Part shown: positions 25,637 through 28,059 of the stretch, one piece after another
Position numbering within the stretch: position 1 is the stretch's first letter
How the letters are laid out: every line of letters starts with the position of its first letter
Assembly: GCA_002793035.1 (NCBI GenBank)
Contig: PFPL01000047.1
Coordinates: 1 to 28,059, forward strand
Reading direction: 5' to 3'
DNA length: 28,059 nt
Source: Candidatus Magasanikbacteria bacterium CG_4_10_14_0_2_um_filter_33_14
GTDB lineage: Bacteria > Patescibacteriota > Patescibacteriia > Magasanikbacterales > UBA922
The notes under the pieces: generated by a model
Database searches by the model: none
Told to the model about the DNA's origin: nothing
Seen by the model: the letters and a program-made list of their open reading frames with translations, nothing else
Made by a program: the position numbers and the translations under genes

Positions 25637-25693
25637 TAAGAATTATTTAATAAATGAAGATAAAGAGATACATTGAAATAATAAAATGAAAAT

Positions 25694-26740
25694 ATGTTTA
25701 ATAATTTTTTTAGAAAAATAGGAAAAGATATTGCAATAGACTTGGGTACCGCAAATACCCTTGTTTATACTCCAGACAAAGGTATTGTTATAGATGAACC
25801 TTCTGTAGTAGCTATCAATACAAAGACTGAACAAATACTGGCAGTAGGACAAGAAGCAAAACAAATGCTTGGTAAAACTCCGGCGCATATTCAAGTTACC
25901 AAACCTCTGACAGCAGGTGTAATTTCTGATTATGAAGTTACCGAAAAAATGCTGAAATATTTTATTGATAAAGTTCAAAAAGATGGTTTTTCTTTGTCTA
26001 GTCGTCCTCGTGTTGTTATTGCTGTACCACTGGATGTAACTGAAGTCGAGATAAAAGCTGTAGAAGACGCTGTTACCTCAGCAGGTGCTCGTGAAGCTAT
26101 CGTAGTTCAAGGACCAATGGCCGCGGCTATTGGTGCTCGTCTGCCAATACAAGAAGCTATTGGAAATATGGTGGTAGATATTGGAGCAGGGAACACAGAA
26201 ATTGCAGTGCTTTCACTTAATGGTGTAGTAACTTGGAAGTCTACTCAGATTGCAGGAGATGAATTGAATAGAAACATTACTCAATATGCTAGAGAAGTTT
26301 TCAATCTTTTGGTTGGTGAAAGTCATGCAGAACAAATAAAACTAAAAGTAGGTTCTGCTTTGCCAGGTAATGAACCAATTGAATTCACGATGAAAGGTCG
26401 TGATGTAGTAACAGGCTTACCAAAAGAAATATTAGTTAGCGATGGTCAAATTCGTGAAGCTATTGCTCGTAGTGTGAAAACAATTGTGGATCATATTAAG
26501 ATGACATTAGAAACAACACCCCCTGAATTAATTGCTGATATTCATGAAAGAGGATTGTTATTGGTAGGGGGTGGTTCTTTACTTCGTGGTATAGACAAAG
26601 TGATATCTCGTGCTACTGAAATTGCGGTCAGAATTGCTGACGATCCTCTTACAACTACAGTACGTGGAGCTGGTATATTATTAGAAGAAGATGAATTGCT
26701 AAATTTGGTGGCTTTACCATCGTCTAAACATACAAAATAA
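25694..26740 (+). CDS. mreB: Rod-shape-determining actin homologue MreB
   Basis: DIAIDLGTANTLVY, VVIAVPLDVTEVE, MVVDIGAGNTEIAVLSLNG and GLLLVGGGSLLRGID (actin-fold phosphate and adenosine motifs). Confidence 0.95.
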   Translation: MFNNFFRKIGKDIAIDLGTANTLVYTPDKGIVIDEPSVVAINTKTEQILAVGQEAKQMLGKTPAHIQVTKPLTAGVISDYEVTEKMLKYFIDKVQKDGFSLSSRPRVVIAVPLDVTEVEIKAVEDAVTSAGAREAIVVQGPMAAAIGARLPIQEAIGNMVVDIGAGNTEIAVLSLNGVVTWKSTQIAGDELNRNITQYAREVFNLLVGESHAEQIKLKVGSALPGNEPIEFTMKGRDVVTGLPKEILVSDGQIREAIARSVKTIVDHIKMTLETTPPELIADIHERGLLLVGGGSLLRGIDKVISRATEIAVRIADDPLTTTVRGAGILLEEDELLNLVALPSSKHTK

Positions 26741-26763
26741 AAAGTTTATAACACAGTTGTTCT

Positions 26764-27552
26764 ATGGTCAAAAAAACTAAGACTGCAACTTTTGTAACTA
26801 TTTTTGTTGTAGTTATTTTTGTACTTGGTTTGCGTTATTTGCATTGGATAAATTTCATAGAAAAACCAGTTGTCGCTATCGTTGATTGGAGTTTAAAACC
26901 AATTAATAATGTAAAATCATTTTTTATAAAAAGAGAAAAAAATTTTACTATCGATGAATTAAATACTATAGAAGATAGTAAAAAAGAAAATGAAGTATTG
27001 AAAACACAAGTACAACTTCTTTCAGAAGACAATGAAGAATTAAAAAAACAGCTAAATTTTTTTGTAAATAAAAATTTTCAACATATTGGTGCTAAAGTTT
27101 TGAGTAGGACTGTCAATCCATTGGGGACTACAATTGTAATTGACAAAGGTAGTAAAGAAAATATTATGATTGATAATCCTGTTGTTGTAAATGAGGGTAT
27201 CCTTATTGGTAAAATTATTAAAGTAGAAGAAAATAGATCTGTAGTTAGACTAATAAATGATAATAGTAGTGCTATCGGAGCTACTGTATTAAATATTGAT
27301 AGAAGTATTGGCTTGGTAGAAGGTGGTTATGGATTAGGTGTACGTATGAATTATATACCTCAAAATGAGATAGTCACTCCTGGTGATACTGTAATTACGT
27401 CTGGTTTAACAGAAGGATTACCAAAAGGTCTAGTAATTGGCAAAATAGAATTGGTAGACAAACAACCTCACGAACCTTTTCAACAAGCAGTAATCACTCC
27501 TGCGACTGATCTTACATACATCAATTTTGTTTCTATTATTATTGGTAGTTAA
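26764..27552 (+). CDS. mreC: Rod-shape-determining protein MreC
   Basis: N-terminal TM segment, a coiled-coil region (ENEVLKTQVQLLSEDNEELKKQL), and a C-terminal beta-domain with GDTVITSGLTEGLPKGLVIGKI. It lies directly downstream of mreB. Confidence 0.85.
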   Translation: MVKKTKTATFVTIFVVVIFVLGLRYLHWINFIEKPVVAIVDWSLKPINNVKSFFIKREKNFTIDELNTIEDSKKENEVLKTQVQLLSEDNEELKKQLNFFVNKNFQHIGAKVLSRTVNPLGTTIVIDKGSKENIMIDNPVVVNEGILIGKIIKVEENRSVVRLINDNSSAIGATVLNIDRSIGLVEGGYGLGVRMNYIPQNEIVTPGDTVITSGLTEGLPKGLVIGKIELVDKQPHEPFQQAVITPATDLTYINFVSIIIGS

Positions 27553-27570
27553 TTGTATAATTTTTTAGAT

Positions 27571-28059
27571 ATGTTGAGAACTGTTTTAAAAACAATATTG
27601 ACTATAATTTTGCTTATACTCTTTTTTATAGCAAATTTATATATTTCTTATGTTCTTCCTTATCCTTGGTCAAATATAAACTTGCTTATAAGTTTTTTAC
27701 TTATTTTTTTATCTTTCTGGGGTTCAGGAAGTATTGTTTGGTTGGCTTTTTTTGCTGGTTTTCTTTCTGATCTGTATAGTGATGTATATTTTGGTGTTTT
27801 TTCAATCACTTTTACAATCACTTTTTTAATTATTTATTGGCTATATTATGAGATATTTACGAATAGATCTATTTGGTCATTGACTATAATGTCTTTGGTA
27901 ACTTTCCTAATATTTCATTTTACATATAGTGTATTAACAGTTATAAATGGTATATTACCAAAAGTTACATTACTCAAATATTATGCTTGGGAAATATCAC
28001 TTACAACTATTTTTGTGTTTATTGTTTATTTTATATTAGAAAAAGTTTTTGTTAGATTT
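27571..28059 (+). CDS. mreD: MreD-like polytopic membrane protein (3'-truncated by window edge)
   Basis: My own translation from the ATG at 27571 is open to the end of the window (MLRTVLKTILTIILLILFF...AGFLSDLYSD...). It is very hydrophobic and sits immediately after mreC. It is absent from the ORF track because no stop codon falls inside the window. Confidence 0.6.
   Translation, partial: MLRTVLKTILTIILLILFFIANLYISYVLPYPWSNINLLISFLLIFLSFWGSGSIVWLAFFAGFLSDLYSDVYFGVFSITFTITFLIIYWLYYEIFTNRSIWSLTIMSLVTFLIFHFTYSVLTVINGILPKVTLLKYYAWEISLTTIFVFIVYFILEKVFVRF

Noticed and set aside
25643-25978. 111-aa minus-strand ORF overlapping the mreB 5' end
   Set aside because: It is antisense to the conserved mreB N-terminus (DLGTANTLVY region) and has no separate expression signals.

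Overview
AT-rich bacterial chromosomal segment. It uses the standard genetic code (TGA serves as a stop) and nearly every gene is on the + strand. None of about 24 start codons has a Shine-Dalgarno motif, yet sigma70-like promoters and rho-independent terminators are visible. This, plus the compact proteins, suggests a reduced uncultivated lineage, possibly CPR/Patescibacteria-like; that placement is inference only.

Gene content in order:
- The distal part of an F1Fo ATP synthase operon (atpA 5'-partial, atpG, atpD, atpC). Two unrecognisable AT-rich ORFs are wedged between atpA/atpG and atpG/atpD, and the atpD-atpC spacer is unusually long and repeat-filled.
- An orphan 355-aa protein.
- Two different insertion sequences back to back: an intact IS1595-family element with terminal inverted repeats and a target duplication, and an IS200-type Y1 transposase element with end hairpins.
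- A six-gene Hyf/Ech-type (group-4 [NiFe]-hydrogenase / complex-I-related) membrane operon.
- A CBS-pair protein with an ArsB/NhaD-type permease.
- An ABC exporter.
- An unannotated 43-aa acidic peptide with 8 Cys that has its own promoter and terminator.
- A UvrD-type helicase fused to a Cas4/AddB-like Fe-S nuclease.
- A DUF721/DciA-like protein preceded by GAGATA iterons.
- Two orphan proteins, a ProRS without an editing domain, and mreB-mreC-mreD (3'-partial).

The most interesting system is the Hyf-like operon. All four [NiFe]-ligand cysteines of the large subunit are replaced (Ser, Ser, Ser, Gly). Three of the four Fe-S-ligand cysteines of the small subunit are replaced by Asp. No ferredoxin-type subunit or maturation gene is present. 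All six ORFs are nevertheless intact and keep the non-ligand family motifs. This points to a redox-dead but apparently maintained complex-I-like ion-translocating machine sitting close to the ATP synthase genes. No tRNA, rRNA or CRISPR array was recognised.
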